DNA of 64,000 nt from Nitrospira sp. GTDB taxonomy: Bacteria > Nitrospirota > Nitrospiria > Nitrospirales > Nitrospiraceae. Location of the stretch: assembly GCA_047150005.1 (NCBI GenBank), contig AP038806.1, positions 1,536,001-1,600,000 of the forward strand. The letters are read 5' to 3'. The notes beneath the pieces are model-generated. The model was given only the letters and a program-made list of their open reading frames with translations, did no database searches and was not told the DNA's origin. Position numbers and translations under genes: made by a program. Every line of letters begins with the position of its first letter. The stretch's first letter is position 1. Positions 45,737 through 55,127 of the stretch are shown here, piece by piece.

Positions 45737-45838
45737 ATGTCCAGAACGAGTGTGCGATGGTTGCTGGCGGGAGCGATTGCAGTGGGTATCGCGGTGGCGG
45801 TCTATCTGTTGCTCCTATGTCCCACGGAATGTCACTGA
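45737..45838 (+). CDS. 33-aa membrane microprotein ending in CPTECH
   Basis: RBS AAGGAG; MSRTSVRWLLAGAIAVGIAVAVYLLLLCPTECH*. Confidence 0.55.
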   Translation: MSRTSVRWLLAGAIAVGIAVAVYLLLLCPTECH

Positions 45839-46080
45839 TTGCTCCAGCTGTCTCGGCCACGCACCGTCCTGTGGGATCCACCCTCTCCGGAATGATCATA
45901 GCCCGCATTATTCATGACGGTTCGTCGCGAAATCGCGCAGTCGCCAGGCGAGACGGGCACGTGGAGCCGTAAGGGAGGGAGGCGGCTTGTCGCAGCGGCG
46001 AATCCACGATTGCAGTAGAAACGTTCATGAATAATGCGGGCTAGGCTGGTGAAGAAAAAGGCAATCACGGGGAGGCCGGC

Positions 46081-46779
46081 ATGCCGTATCCAAGGTGCGA
46101 ATGGCCTGTCTCTGTGTCGGAGAACGGGCTCTTCCTCAACGGATTCCTTGGCGTCCCACCCGGCGCCGCCGGGGTCGTCCTCTTTGCCCACGGAAGCGGC
46201 AGCGGACGGCTGAGCCCTCGCAACCGGTACGTCGCGCATCAATTTCAGCAGAGTGGTATCGCCACATTATTGCTCGATCTGTTGACGGAACGAGAAGCAG
46301 AGGATCGTCGCAACGTCTTCGACATTGACCTCCTTGCAGACCGGGTGCTGCTGGCAAGCCGCTGGTTGAGCCAAGACACACGGACCAGGACGCTCCCGCT
46401 CGGCTACTTTGGGGCGAGCACCGGCGCGGGCGCCGCGCTGCAAGCTGCGGCCCGAGCCTCCTCCTCGGCCAAGGCAATCGTCTCGCGAGGCGGGCGGCCG
46501 GATCTGGCCGAGGCGTATCTTCCGCACGTGAAGGCTCCGACCCTCCTCATCGTCGGTGAGCACGACGAGGCGGTGATTGAGCTGAATCGAGCCGCCGCCG
46601 GACTGCTGACCTGCCGAACGCGAATCGTCATCATCCCGGGCGCGACTCACTTGTTTGAAGAACCGGGAACGCTCGAGCAGGTTGCCAGCGAGGCTCTGGA
46701 GTGGTTCCAGCAAACATTCGCCTTAGAGCCCCGCTTCGCGCAAGGATCAAAAGGAAAAGCAGCGGAGGGTCTGCGATGA
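46081..46779 (+). CDS. Dienelactone hydrolase-like alpha/beta hydrolase
   Basis: FAHGSGSGRLSPRN, GYFGASTG, VSRGGRPDLA, GATHLFEEPG. Confidence 0.9.
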   Translation: MPYPRCEWPVSVSENGLFLNGFLGVPPGAAGVVLFAHGSGSGRLSPRNRYVAHQFQQSGIATLLLDLLTEREAEDRRNVFDIDLLADRVLLASRWLSQDTRTRTLPLGYFGASTGAGAALQAAARASSSAKAIVSRGGRPDLAEAYLPHVKAPTLLIVGEHDEAVIELNRAAAGLLTCRTRIVIIPGATHLFEEPGTLEQVASEALEWFQQTFALEPRFAQGSKGKAAEGLR

Positions 46780-47639
46780 AGATATTGCTGCCCGTTGACG
46801 GATCCAATCAATCGTACGAAGCAGTCCGGGCTCTGAAGTGCTTGGCGAAGGCGGACCGACTTGTCCTGCTGCATGCCCTCAATGTGCCGAGACCGGCTTA
46901 TCCAATGATGATGCCGGAGGTGGCCGAGGAGCTTTATCAGGGGCTCGAGCGGAGTATGCGTGAGGATGGCGAACGACTGCTCGATCGCGTGCAGTCTCTC
47001 TTGCCGCTGCATGCCGGTCCGGCTAGCAAGCGGCTTGAGGTCGGTTCGCCGGCTGACATCATCGTGACGGTGGCCGAGCAGGACCATATCGATCTGATCG
47101 TAATGGGAGCGCGAGGAGTCGGCCCCGTCGAGGAGCGCCTGCTGGGAAGTGTCTCGCATCGCGTGCTCACTCAGGCTCCTTGCGCGAAACTTGTGGTCAG
47201 CGGACCGGTGAAGGCGATGAAACAGGTGCTCCTCTCAATCCAAGGACCCAACGACCAGGAGGCGGCGCTGCGTTTCCTGCAGGGTAGACCGTTTCACGAT
47301 CCGGTGGAGATTTGTCTGCTCACGGTTCTTCCTACGGTGCGACCTCCCTGGCCGGCGGGAGCCTCGGTGGCCGAACAACTTGAGGGGCGGGCTCTCGAGA
47401 GCGCGCGTGATTTCATCGAAGAGACCGCAGCCAGTCTGCGGGCTTTCGGGTATCAAGCGAAGGGGCGTGCGGTACTCGGCTCGCCGACAGAGGCGATCCT
47501 CGCAGAAGCACGCCAGGTCCGGTCCGATCTCATCCTCATGGGGTCACGGGGCCGAAAAGGGGTGACGCGGTTTGTGCTCGGCAGCGTTTCGCACGCGGTG
47601 TTGCATAAGATGCCATGCCCCGTTCTCGTGTTGCACTAG
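46776..47639 (+). CDS. Universal stress protein (tandem USP domains)
   Basis: KILLPVDGS, MGARG..LGSVSH; MGSRG..LGSVSH. Confidence 0.92.
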   Translation: MKILLPVDGSNQSYEAVRALKCLAKADRLVLLHALNVPRPAYPMMMPEVAEELYQGLERSMREDGERLLDRVQSLLPLHAGPASKRLEVGSPADIIVTVAEQDHIDLIVMGARGVGPVEERLLGSVSHRVLTQAPCAKLVVSGPVKAMKQVLLSIQGPNDQEAALRFLQGRPFHDPVEICLLTVLPTVRPPWPAGASVAEQLEGRALESARDFIEETAASLRAFGYQAKGRAVLGSPTEAILAEARQVRSDLILMGSRGRKGVTRFVLGSVSHAVLHKMPCPVLVLH

Positions 47640-47801
47640 CCGGCAGTCCCGCAACCCTGTTGTCCCATTGGGCTTCAGTGGCGGGGAACGGGGCTGAGGA
47701 ATAATGCGACAGGAAACCAAGGTGAGGGGGCGTGAGAGATTCACGCTGCGGGAATATCAACCGTTAGGCTCAAATTGGTCGGGTCAGGATCCCGGCGCGA
47801 G

Positions 47802-47817
47802 AGGCATGTCATTTGCT
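47802..47817 (+). promoter_or_regulatory. Sigma54 promoter
   Basis: AGGCAT-GTCAT-TTGCT, 45 bp before the HPF-like gene. Confidence 0.65.
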
Positions 47818-47861
47818 AAATTTTATGTTATGCGCGGGAAGAGGTTGCCTGAGGAGGTACG

Positions 47862-48200
47862 ATGAACTTGGAGGTGGAGAGCCGTCATGTGGGAATGACC
47901 CCTCGCTGGAGACGGGAGATCGAAGAACGGATGGCTGTCTTGCAACGGGGGCACGACGACCTGGTCCACGCGCGGGTGACATTGACCAAGAACTCCCATC
48001 ATAAGAAATCTTCGAATGTCGCCGAAGCCCTGGTAGTCGTTTCGTTGGCGGGACGGCGTACCATCAGCGCGCGCAAGGACAACAAGACGTTCGAGGAAGC
48101 GATCCGTGAGTCATTTGAAGCTGTGGGCATCGAACTCCGGAAATCTCGTGAAAAACGGGCGAAGAAAAAGGTTCGTCAGGTGTCCGATGCCGATGTATGA
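47862..48200 (+). CDS. HPF/RaiA family ribosome-associated protein
   Basis: MNLEVESRHVGMT..HARVTL..AIRESFEAV..LRK; GAGGAGG RBS. Confidence 0.78.
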   Translation: MNLEVESRHVGMTPRWRREIEERMAVLQRGHDDLVHARVTLTKNSHHKKSSNVAEALVVVSLAGRRTISARKDNKTFEEAIRESFEAVGIELRKSREKRAKKKVRQVSDADV

Positions 48201-48351
48201 CTATAAATGCCTCGACTGCGGAAAGGAATCGTTGGTGGTGCTCACCCTGAAGGAACATGAGAGCGGAAAGGTCATGTGCCCCTCGTGTGGGAGCGCCAAC
48301 ATGAAACAGTTATATACCTCCTTCATTGCCCACACGACGAAGAAGAGTTGA
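48187..48351 (+). CDS. FmdB family zinc-ribbon protein
   Basis: MPMYDYKCLDCG...CPSCGS. Confidence 0.85.
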   Translation: MPMYDYKCLDCGKESLVVLTLKEHESGKVMCPSCGSANMKQLYTSFIAHTTKKS

Positions 48352-48359
48352 GGCGCCAC

Positions 48360-48719
48360 ATGCCCCGATTGTTGCGGGGAAGCTGTTTGATCCTCTCGAT
48401 TCTCGTGGTGCCGTGGACCCTCGTGGCTCAGGACTATCCTCCCGATGTCACGCGCGGGAAGCAGGTGTACGAGCGACATTGTCAGAGTTGTCACGGACCG
48501 AGCGGTTGGGGAGACGGGCCGGAGGCCGCATCACTGAGAGTGAAGCCGGCCGATTTTCACCGTTTCGGCTCCTACCTCAAATCGGACGAAGATCTGCTCA
48601 GAACGGTCGAGCACGGCATTGTCTTCAGTCCGATGCATTCATGGCGCGGGCAGCTCACTGACGGAGAGATGCAGGACGTGGTGGCCTACGTCCGACGGCT
48701 GGCGATGCCAGGACAATGA
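48360..48719 (+). CDS. Monoheme cytochrome c
   Basis: Signal peptide, CQSCH, distal Met (SPMHSW). Confidence 0.9.
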   Translation: MPRLLRGSCLILSILVVPWTLVAQDYPPDVTRGKQVYERHCQSCHGPSGWGDGPEAASLRVKPADFHRFGSYLKSDEDLLRTVEHGIVFSPMHSWRGQLTDGEMQDVVAYVRRLAMPGQ

Positions 48720-48765
48720 TACGAGTCCGCGGCCTCCATCGGCCGGTGCTCCAAGGAGAAATCTG

Positions 48766-50199
48766 GTGAGGTATACCGCTCTTCGGTCGTGGATGATTCC
48801 CAGCATACTCGCCGCCGCTCTCTTCTCGCCCGTTGCGGTCTACGCCGTCACGGGGGGAACCGGATCGCCGCCACCGGAGAAAACCTGCGCCGGTCCTTAC
48901 AAGAAGAAACCAATCTCCGCCAAGGTGCTGCAGGCCGTCGTCCGATCACACGGTCAGTGGCTGGAACAGCGGCATCATCCCGGCCATCGGAAGGCCGACC
49001 TGTGCCAGGCGGATCTGCGTCGGGCTCAACTCGCGGGCGCGAATTTGGAGCGGGCCAACCTGGAAGGTGCCCTGCTGGGGCAAGCCGACCTATCACGGAG
49101 TGCGCTGGTCCAGGCCAGACTGGCAGGGGCGGATCTCACGAAGGCGCGCATACAGGGGGCCAACCTCTCCGGGGCCGATCTGCGGCGGGCCCGGCTGTCG
49201 GGTGCGGATCTCTCGCGCGCCGTTGGGGACGAGGCAGCCTTCTTGGGAGCCACCTTGATCGGAGCCCGCCTTCAGGAGGCCGCCTTGGAACGGGCCCATT
49301 TTGAAGGGGCAAATCTGACCGCCGCCGATTTCACCGATGCCGACCTCGCGGACAGCCACTTTTACGGAGCCCTCCTGCCTCGTGCGATCCTCTCCGCCGC
49401 CGATCTGCTGGAAGCGGACCTCCGCCGCACCGATCTGACCGAGGCCCATATGAAAGGGGCGAATCTGCAGGGCGCCCTGTTTGACGGCGCGCTCCTGCGC
49501 GGAGCCCAACTCACCGACGCGGACCTGGAGGGAGCCTACTTCGATGAGGCCGACCTGACAGGAGCGAATTTGCAGGACGCATTGTTGAGGGGGGCGGACC
49601 TCCGGTTTGCCGACTTGCAGGCGGCGAACTTCCACCGAGCCGATCTGGAAGGGGTCAACTTCGAAGGTGCAAGGCTCGCCGGCACCGATCTGCGTGCCGC
49701 CAACCTCAGCATGGCCGTCATCTACCTTGCGATGGTGGATGGAGCTGATTTCCGGAATGCCCGGATGGACCATGCGATTCTCATCGGCACGACCGGGACG
49801 GGAGCCACGTTCGCGGCTGCCGATCTCAGCGAGGCCTATGCGCCGAAGGTTTCGTTGCGGAACGCCAGGTTCAACAATGCGACCTTGGAATCCGCCAATC
49901 TGGTGTCGGCCGATCTGCGCGCAGCCGACTTCAGCCGTGCGAAACTCGCGCATGCCAACCTGCAGGAGGCCGATCTGCGCGGCGCGTCTTTGTCGGGAGC
50001 GGATCTGACCGGCGCCCGGCTTGACGATGCGGACCTGCACCGCGCCGACTTGCGGGGAGCCGACCTCGGATCCGTGATGGGTCTCACACAGGCTCAGCTC
50101 GACTCCGCCTGCGTCGATGCACGGACGACTCTGCCGAACGATCTGAACCGGCCCGGCCCCTGCCGGCCTCCGTCACCCGCCAAGAAGGGGGCGCCGTAA
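48766..50199 (+). CDS. Exported pentapeptide repeat protein
   Basis: Long run of A(D/N)L.. repeats flanked by Cys-containing caps; GTG start after AAGGAG. Confidence 0.9.
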   Translation: MRYTALRSWMIPSILAAALFSPVAVYAVTGGTGSPPPEKTCAGPYKKKPISAKVLQAVVRSHGQWLEQRHHPGHRKADLCQADLRRAQLAGANLERANLEGALLGQADLSRSALVQARLAGADLTKARIQGANLSGADLRRARLSGADLSRAVGDEAAFLGATLIGARLQEAALERAHFEGANLTAADFTDADLADSHFYGALLPRAILSAADLLEADLRRTDLTEAHMKGANLQGALFDGALLRGAQLTDADLEGAYFDEADLTGANLQDALLRGADLRFADLQAANFHRADLEGVNFEGARLAGTDLRAANLSMAVIYLAMVDGADFRNARMDHAILIGTTGTGATFAAADLSEAYAPKVSLRNARFNNATLESANLVSADLRAADFSRAKLAHANLQEADLRGASLSGADLTGARLDDADLHRADLRGADLGSVMGLTQAQLDSACVDARTTLPNDLNRPGPCRPPSPAKKGAP

Positions 50200-50244
50200 C
50201 GGGCGGGGCTGGTCCTTCGGGCGCTTTCGGCTGTGGGATGCGGC

Positions 50245-50953
50245 TCAGGCGGCGTCGTGGAAAAGCGCACCGAGGGTCTATCGCTGCCCGGAGCGAAGGC
50301 GGCTGACCCCGTGGCGGAGCGTGACGCTGTGCCAACCGCAGAACCCCTTCACGGGACGATGGCGGACGGCGAACAACACGGCGTCCCCCTGCCGCAGCGG
50401 CACGACCATCGGCCGTGACTGTGGCCGCGGCTGCTGTTCCGTCATCACGAATTCTCCACCGGCGAAATCCTGGCCCGGCTTCGACAGCAGGACCGTCAGT
50501 TGCAGCGGAAACACCAGTGCTCCATAGAGATCCTGATGCAGGCAATTGTAGTCGTCGACACCGTATCGGAGCAGAAGCGGCGTTGGGTTGCGCTGTCCCG
50601 CTTCATGGCCGCGGGCGAGAAAGTCCTGATGCGTCGGAGGAAAACGCACGGCCGTGTCCATAAGGATGTTCCACCGGTTGGCGATCGGAACGAGGTGCGG
50701 ATACAGAACGGTCCGGAGGGTCGCCACGGTCTCCGTTATACTCTCCGCGCCCGAATCCATGCCGTGCCATGACCACGCGGCTGCGGAACAGGCGGTCGTT
50801 GTCGTAGAGTGCCGACAGGCACACACATTCAGCGGGAGTGAACAAGCGCGGAACCACGGAGTGGCCTTGCTCGTCGAGATCGTGGGACAGACGCGTCCAA
50901 TCAATCGCCGCCAACCGTTCCGCAAGCCCCGTTTGCGCGCTGCGAGCAATCAT
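50245..50953 (-). pseudogene. 2OG-Fe(II) oxygenase (DUF2086-like), disrupted
   Basis: N-part FRSRVVMARHGFGRGEY and C-part YNCLHQDLYG..LRHGVSRLRSG lie in different frames (break ~50735); in-frame TAG before the terminal TLGALFHDAA*. Confidence 0.82.
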
Positions 50954-50976
50954 GTCCGGAAGACCTCATGGCGCAT

Positions 50977-51426
50977 TCAGCGCGGACCGGCTTTCGGCGA
51001 GCGGGTTTTCAGATAGGTCCGCAGCAGGTCACGCCTGGTCACGATCCCGACCACCTTTCCCTTGTGATCCACCACCGGCACCCGCACGAGATCGCTGGCG
51101 CTGAGCACGTGCACGAGCGTGCCCAGGGTGGTTTCCTGGGGAATCGCGTAAGGGTTGGAGGTCATGATGTCGCCCGCGGCGACGGCCTTCAGGGTGTGGC
51201 CGCCGTCGATGGCCGCCAAGAGGTCGTGCTCGCTGACGATTCCTACCAACTTCTTGGCTCCGTCCACGACGGGGACGGCGCCGCAACCCTCGGCCATCAG
51301 CGAGGCAATGACGTGCGCCTTCGTGCCGAGGCGCACGGCCTGCGGCCGCTTTCCCATCACCTGTCGGACCGTCATGGACTGAAACTCGGTCGACCGCGCC
51401 CGCCCCGCCTTGGTCTGTTTTCGCAT
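50977..51426 (-). CDS. CBS domain protein
   Basis: VRQVM, AVPVVD..LVGIVSEHDLL, RVPVVD..VVGIVTRRDLL. Confidence 0.9.
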   Translation of the reverse strand: MRKQTKAGRARSTEFQSMTVRQVMGKRPQAVRLGTKAHVIASLMAEGCGAVPVVDGAKKLVGIVSEHDLLAAIDGGHTLKAVAAGDIMTSNPYAIPQETTLGTLVHVLSASDLVRVPVVDHKGKVVGIVTRRDLLRTYLKTRSPKAGPR

Positions 51427-51460
51427 CTGCCGCTCTTTCTCACTCAGGGGTTGTGATGGT

Positions 51461-51976
51461 TCATTCTTCGGGGGTATGGATGCTGATCCCGTGATCGTGC
51501 GCCCAACGGAGGTGAATCACCCGCTGCTTGCCGGACTCGACTTTCACACTCTTGAGCCGTTGGAGATCGTTGCCGTAGCTTGCGGTGACGTCGTAGAGCC
51601 CCGGAGCCAGATCGACGAACAGCCAAGGTCCTTCCACCTGCTCTCTCGGGATGGCGATCGGCTTGCCTCCGCGCGCCGGAGTGATCGTGACCGCAACACC
51701 GGAGAGAAAGGGGTTCCCTCCCGCAGTGAAGACCAGCTTCAGGGAAAATGGAGGATACGAAGCGGACCGCTCCTCGAATCCGACGCCTGCGCTGAAATAA
51801 CGGACGCGGCCGGTCCGGTACAGGGGGAGGCGCTCCGGTCCGGAGCGACCGTCCTGCTCGAACTCGAGATACTCGCCGGACGGCGCGATTTTGGCGACAG
51901 GGCTTCCTTCGGCGAACGCCAGCGACGTTCCAAGAAGAATTCCCCACAAGACCGACAGGCCGCGCGCCGCCATCAT
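51461..51976 (-). CDS. Exported carboxypeptidase regulatory-like domain protein
   Basis: Signal peptide; SAGVGFEER, FLSGVAVTI, GPWLFVDLAPGLYDVTA. Confidence 0.78.
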   Translation of the reverse strand: MMAARGLSVLWGILLGTSLAFAEGSPVAKIAPSGEYLEFEQDGRSGPERLPLYRTGRVRYFSAGVGFEERSASYPPFSLKLVFTAGGNPFLSGVAVTITPARGGKPIAIPREQVEGPWLFVDLAPGLYDVTASYGNDLQRLKSVKVESGKQRVIHLRWAHDHGISIHTPEE

Positions 51977-52322
51977 CAAACCTCCTCGTTCTTCCCATTC
52001 GCCTTCCGAGCAATCAATATGGATGCCATGATGCACCGAAGGCCATGTGCTCACAAGGCGAGCACCTGGCGGGAGGATTATCCACAAGGCGAGCGGTCGT
52101 ATTCAAGACTGACGCGAATCACCACAGTGGATAGACTCGACCTGCTGCAAAACGCGGCAGGTAGGAAAATTACGTCCGCCAACATCCTCGTAAACGAAAC
52201 AGCAGACCGGCATAGCCGGTGAATGCGCCGAACAACGGGCGTATCCTTAATGGCCTGATGGACTGTCGCCCTAGAGGCGCCGGACGAGCTCGCTCAGGTC
52301 GCCAAGATCATGCGAGGGGCCC

Positions 52323-55127
52323 GTGCCTGATTTCTCCGCGACGGGCATCGCGCAGATGTCTGTCGAAACGGTCTACAAAGAGTTGGGAACCACGTCAACT
52401 GGCCTGATGGGCGAGGACGCCCGACGTCGGCTCGCGCACTACGGTCTCAATCGGCTGCGCGACCAGGCCGATTTTTCAGCGCTTCGGCATTTCCTGAACC
52501 AATTCACGCATTTCCTCGCGATTCTCTTGTGGATTGCGGCGGGCCTTTCCTTCCTCACGGAATACCTGGAGCCGGGGAAGGGAGTGGCGGCGCTCGGGTG
52601 GGTCATTGTCGGCGTCATCGTCATCAACGCGATGTTCGCGTTCGTTCAAGAATATCGGGCGGACCGCACCGCGCATTTGCTTCAGCGGCTGCTCCCGGCG
52701 ACGGCCTGGGTGCTTCGAGCAGGACAACCGGAGGAAGTCCCCCGGGAAGAGATTGTCCCCGGTGACCTGCTCTTGCTTGAGGAGGGCCACCATGTTTCCG
52801 CCGACGCGCGTGTGGTGGAGGCCTTCGGCATGCGCGCGGACAACTCGTCACTGACCGGTGAGTCGATTCCCAGGCGACGCATCACCGAGGCGTTATCGGA
52901 TGACTCCCTCACGGACCTGTCCAATCTCGTCTTCGCCGGCACGACCATCGTGTCCGGCCACGGTCGCGCCGTGGTCTATGCGACCGGTGCGCAGACGGAA
53001 TTCGGAAGGACCGCTCACTTGGCGACCACAGTGGAGGCGGGTCCCAGCCCGCTTCAGCGGGAGATCGCGGCGCTCAGCCGCGTCGTCGGGCTCATCTCGC
53101 TCGTGATCGGGCTCTTGTTCTTTGCCGTCAGCTTCTCGATGGGATTGGGGCTCTGGATCAGCGCCATCTTCGGCATCGGGCTCATCGCTGCAAACGTGCC
53201 GGAAGGGCTGTTGCCGACCGTCACCTTTGCGCTCGCGATGGCCACCCAGCGAATGGCGAAGCGCAAGGCGCTGATCAAGCAGCTCGCTTCGGTGGAGACG
53301 CTCGGCTGTACGACCGTGATCTGCACCGACAAGACCGGCACGATCACCGTGAATCGGATGACGGTGGATCGACTCTACTTCGACGATCTGGAGGTGGAAA
53401 CGCGAGAGGGCTGTCTTGTCATGGCTGGGCGCGTGTGCAACGCCGTCGATTCGGATCAGTGGCGATCGTTCTTCGATGCGGTGAGACATTGTCATAACGT
53501 GACCCGCGTGCGACGTCCGGACGGACGAATTACCGCCGCCGGGGATCCAACAGAGGTCGCGCTCGTCGAGTTCGCGCAGGAACAGGGCCTGCTGCATCGG
53601 CCTCTCTTGCCGCGAATGGGCGAGATTCCGTTCGACGCCGACCGCAAGCGCATGACGACCTTGCACAGGCGGCAGACCGGGCTCACGGCCTTCGTCAAAG
53701 GCGCGCCGGAATCCGTCATCCCGTTGTGTGAACAGCGCCTCCACCAGGGAACTCTGTCGCCGATGACTCCCTCGGACCGGCAGAGGCTGCTCGCGCAGAG
53801 CCGCGCATTTGCCGCGCGGGCCTATCGCGTCCTCGCGATGGCCTCGCGGGAGATCGTCCAGAGCCCGGAATTGTTGGAGAGCGGCCGAGTGGAGCAACAA
53901 CTCACGTTTCTGGGGTTGGTCGCCATGATCGATCCGCCCCACCGCGAAGTTCCGGAAGCAGTGGCTCGCTGTCATCGGGCGGGGATCCGTGTCGTCATGA
54001 TCACGGGAGATCATCCCCTCACCGCCGTGGCCATCGCCCGGCAAGTCGGGTTGATCCCGCCCGACGACCGGACCCGCGTGAGTATCGCCCCGGTCATCGA
54101 GGGGCGGCAGCTCGACGATCTCACTGACGAGCAAGTCCGCCAGCTCCTCACGCCCTCTCGCCCTGGTGAGCGCGAGCCCATCTTCGCGCGCATGGCGCCC
54201 AGGCACAAAATGCGTATCGTGACGCTGCTAAAAGACATGGGAGAAATTGTGGCCGTCACCGGAGACGGAGTCAACGACGCTCCGGCGCTCAAGAAAGCCG
54301 ACATCGGCGTGGCCATGGGGATTGCCGGGACGGACGTGGCCAAAGAAACCGCCGATATGATCCTCCTCGACGACAACTTTGCGACGATCGTGAATGCAAT
54401 CGAAGAAGGCCGCGCAGTCTTTGCGAATATCCGGAAGTTTGTGACCTACGTGTTCTCCAGCAACGTGGCGGAGATGCTTCCCTATCTCGGCTATGGGCTG
54501 TTCCGCATGCCGTTGGCATTGACCGTTCCCCAACTGTTGGCCATTGATCTCGGCACGAATATGATGCCTGCCATCGCCCTCGGCTCCGAGCGGCCGCATC
54601 AAGGGATCATGGCAATCCCGCCTCGCCCGCGCAGCGAGCATCTGATGGACAAGGCGCTCTTTTTGCGCGTATTCGGATTTCTCGGCGTGATCGAGGGCGT
54701 GATCGCCCTCGGTGCCTTCTTCTGGTTTCTCTTTGCTCAAGGCTGGACTTGGGGTGCTCCCCTGGACTGGTCCTCACCGCTGTACCGACAGGCTACGACC
54801 GTGACCTTTGCGGCGATTGTCCTCGGCCAGGTCGCGAACGCGTTTGCTTCGCGATCGGATCGAATTTCCATCCTCCAGTTGGGCTTGACGAGCAACCGGT
54901 TGACGCTGGTCGGCGTCGGCGTCGCACTGCTGCTGTTGATGCTGATCGTGTATAGCCCCATGGGGAACTGGCTGCTCGGCACCGCTCCGATCCCCTTCTG
55001 GATGTGGGGCCCCCTGCTCCTTGGATCGGCCGGCCTGCTGGTCGCCGAGGAAGGCCGCAAGATGCTGGCGGCAAAGCTGTGGTGGTCACAGCCTGATCCA
55101 TCAACCAGGACCCTGAGCGAGCCATGA
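52323..55127 (+). CDS. Cation-transporting P-type ATPase (P2-type)
   Basis: LTGES, ANVPEGL, ICTDKTGT, KGAPE, MITGD, TGDGVNDAPAL. Confidence 0.95.
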   Translation: MPDFSATGIAQMSVETVYKELGTTSTGLMGEDARRRLAHYGLNRLRDQADFSALRHFLNQFTHFLAILLWIAAGLSFLTEYLEPGKGVAALGWVIVGVIVINAMFAFVQEYRADRTAHLLQRLLPATAWVLRAGQPEEVPREEIVPGDLLLLEEGHHVSADARVVEAFGMRADNSSLTGESIPRRRITEALSDDSLTDLSNLVFAGTTIVSGHGRAVVYATGAQTEFGRTAHLATTVEAGPSPLQREIAALSRVVGLISLVIGLLFFAVSFSMGLGLWISAIFGIGLIAANVPEGLLPTVTFALAMATQRMAKRKALIKQLASVETLGCTTVICTDKTGTITVNRMTVDRLYFDDLEVETREGCLVMAGRVCNAVDSDQWRSFFDAVRHCHNVTRVRRPDGRITAAGDPTEVALVEFAQEQGLLHRPLLPRMGEIPFDADRKRMTTLHRRQTGLTAFVKGAPESVIPLCEQRLHQGTLSPMTPSDRQRLLAQSRAFAARAYRVLAMASREIVQSPELLESGRVEQQLTFLGLVAMIDPPHREVPEAVARCHRAGIRVVMITGDHPLTAVAIARQVGLIPPDDRTRVSIAPVIEGRQLDDLTDEQVRQLLTPSRPGEREPIFARMAPRHKMRIVTLLKDMGEIVAVTGDGVNDAPALKKADIGVAMGIAGTDVAKETADMILLDDNFATIVNAIEEGRAVFANIRKFVTYVFSSNVAEMLPYLGYGLFRMPLALTVPQLLAIDLGTNMMPAIALGSERPHQGIMAIPPRPRSEHLMDKALFLRVFGFLGVIEGVIALGAFFWFLFAQGWTWGAPLDWSSPLYRQATTVTFAAIVLGQVANAFASRSDRISILQLGLTSNRLTLVGVGVALLLLMLIVYSPMGNWLLGTAPIPFWMWGPLLLGSAGLLVAEEGRKMLAAKLWWSQPDPSTRTLSEP

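Noticed and set aside
48980..50100. DNA tandem repeat or array
   Set aside because: The 15-bp periodicity is explained by the pentapeptide repeat protein.
52013..52028. Sigma54 promoter for the 51461-51976 gene (minus strand TGGCATCCATATTGAT)
   Set aside because: The -12 element is GA rather than GC; too weak to list as a feature.
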